DNA from: Vicinamibacteria bacterium | Lineage (GTDB): Bacteria; Acidobacteriota; Vicinamibacteria; Marinacidobacterales; Marinacidobacteraceae | Length of the DNA stretch: 64,000 bases | Assembly: GCA_963668695.2 (NCBI GenBank) | Contig: CAXXLQ010000004.1 | Coordinates: 3,488,001-3,552,000, forward strand | Reading direction: 5' to 3' | Shown here: positions 62,490 to 64,000 of the stretch, piece after piece | Layout of the letters: every line of letters begins with the position of its first letter | Position numbering within the stretch: position 1 is the stretch's first letter | Made by a program: the position numbers and the translations under genes | Notes under the pieces: generated by a model | Database searches by the model: none | Told to the model about the DNA's origin: nothing | What the model saw: the letters and a program-made list of their open reading frames with translations, nothing else

Positions 62490-63616
62490 GGCGATCCCGT
62501 GGGCGGCCGCTCGGGCCGGTAGTAGCGGTCGAGCGCCTCCAGACCGAGAAGGAGGTGGGCGCCGACGTAGAGGAAGGCATCGTCCGGAATCCGGTCATTC
62601 GCGGCGTTCGAGACCAGGAACGGGGCGAACGCCCGGATTCCGGTTTGGTCCCGCCGCCGCACGCTCATCTCGGTCAACGTGCCCCATATCTCGATGCCGG
62701 GGCGCTTCTGCCGCGCGGGTTCCCCGGTGCGGCCGTAGTAGGCGAGTCTGAGCCCGGGCATCCGCTCGCGGCAGAAACCGAGTACCCGCGACGCCACCTC
62801 GGGCGCTCCTTCGAGGGCCGTCGCGGCGATCGCCGCGGCGTTCGAGGTCTGGACGATGTCGTTCGGAGAAAACAGCAGCGTCCGGCGATCGTCGAAGAGG
62901 GTGGCCATCTCCGGCTGGAACACGTCGTAGAGAAGCCCGGCGGGGGTGCGGGCGGCCCGGATCACCTCGTAGCTTCTTGCCGCCAGGTCCGCGAGGTCCT
63001 GCCGGCCGGTGTCCCGGGCAACCCGCGCCAGGTAGTCGGGGGCATAGTCCACCAGGAAGGAGTTCGTCGCGAAGTCCCGGCTGCCGAAGTTGAAGTAGTT
63101 GCGGATGAGCAGCAGGCCGGCGGCGGCGCTCGCGTGCCGCTGGTAGCCGTCGAGGATCATCAGCGCCAGTTCGCGGTCTTCGCCGGCGCCGAAGGCGTGA
63201 GCGCCCTCCCAGAGCCCCTCGGAGATCCGCAGGGCCTCGGTGGTCCCGGAGGCGTCCGGGGCGTCCTCGGAATCGACCGGGACCGGCGACCGGCGCCAGA
63301 GCACGAAACCCCGGGTGTAGGGATCGTCCGGCTCGTCCACGATCAGCCGGCGCAGCGCGAACTCGCGAAGCGCGGCATACATCTCCCGGTCTTCCAGCCG
63401 CGCCGCCACCCGGAGCAATTCCCCGACGTCCACCGCGTACGCGAAACCGTCGGCCCGGGCGAACTCGCCGGCCAGCACCCTGCCCCGCACCTCGCCGTGG
63501 AGAGCGATCAGCGCCTCCCGCGTCGCCTCCGGCCCCGGCCAGGGAGAGCCGCGACAGGAGGAACCCGCGAGGATCGCGACGAGTCCCAGTGCCACCCGGA
63601 TCCGCTTCCGCCGCAT
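62486..63616 (-). CDS. Hypothetical lipoprotein
   Basis: MRRKRIRVALGLVAILAGSSC lipobox; overlaps the downstream gene start; the upstream ORF extension is repeat-derived. Confidence 0.7.
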   Translation of the reverse strand: MRRKRIRVALGLVAILAGSSCRGSPWPGPEATREALIALHGEVRGRVLAGEFARADGFAYAVDVGELLRVAARLEDREMYAALREFALRRLIVDEPDDPYTRGFVLWRRSPVPVDSEDAPDASGTTEALRISEGLWEGAHAFGAGEDRELALMILDGYQRHASAAAGLLLIRNYFNFGSRDFATNSFLVDYAPDYLARVARDTGRQDLADLAARSYEVIRAARTPAGLLYDVFQPEMATLFDDRRTLLFSPNDIVQTSNAAAIAATALEGAPEVASRVLGFCRERMPGLRLAYYGRTGEPARQKRPGIEIWGTLTEMSVRRRDQTGIRAFAPFLVSNAANDRIPDDAFLYVGAHLLLGLEALDRYYRPERPPTGSP

Positions 63617-63651
63617 CGCCCCGAGGATAGCGGGACCGCAGACGTCCAGCA

Positions 63652-64000
63652 TCCGAACCGGAAATTGACGCATGCCTCGGCCGAATCCATGCTCCGACCT
63701 TCCGAACCCGATATAGACGCATGCCCCGGCCATCCGAACCCGAAATAGACGCATGCTCCGGCCATCCGAACCCGATATAGACGCATGCCCCGGCCATCCG
63801 AACCCGATATAGACGCATGCTCCGGCCATCCGATCCCGATATAGACGCATGCTCCGGCCGTCCGATCCCGATATAGACGCATGCCCCGGCCATCCGAACC
63901 CGATATAGACGCATGCCCCGGCCGTCCGAACCCGATATAGACGCATGCCCCGGCCGTCCGATCCCGATATAGACGCATGCCCCGGTCTTCCGATCCCGAT
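63652..64000. repeat. 32-bp tandem array (9 full units from 63701 plus partial and degenerate units), runs off window
   Basis: Unit tccga(a/t)cccgatatagacgcatgc(c/t)ccggcc(a/g); no spacers. Confidence 0.97.

Noticed and set aside
63652-64000. CRISPR array
   Set aside because: Units are contiguous with no unique spacers, and no cas genes are in the window.

Overview
High-GC bacterial chromosome window, probably Acidobacteriota (inferred from the acidobacterial-type VWA protein, the DUF507 pair and the VPS10 paralogues). Core genes are groEL (5'-truncated), mmsA, hsp20, gap-pgk-tpiA-secG, tRNA-Leu and tRNA-Asp. They are interleaved with accessory DNA: three VapBC-type modules, an orphan ParD, an AbiEi/nucleotidyltransferase pair, a TM0106-like nuclease, a frameshifted MmeI-like R-M gene, an AAA+DUF4143 ATPase, tandem VPS10 paralogues and several gene remnants. 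The ORF track missed a UGA-containing SelW/Rdx selenoprotein and a 49-aa RHH protein. Non-coding DNA is dominated by a ~200-bp TA-targeting MITE (7 loci, three inside genes) and a REP-like hairpin family. The most unusual signal is a fixed, asymmetric 20-nt cassette (CCAGTTCTCCCGGTGGGGGC), about 23 copies by manual count. It sits in both orientations at 8 or more distinct positions inside two unrelated repeat families, replacing 0-3 host bases relative to 'empty' sister copies, which suggests an unknown templated micro-insertion mechanism. Other oddities are helically phased GACCATGG/GCCGG arrays, a 14-bp repeat that builds a chain of overlapping mini-ORFs at a start codon, a 1.4-kb TIR-less insertion splitting a lipoprotein gene, and a 32-bp tandem array at the window end. 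All calls come from reading the sequence; no database searches were run.
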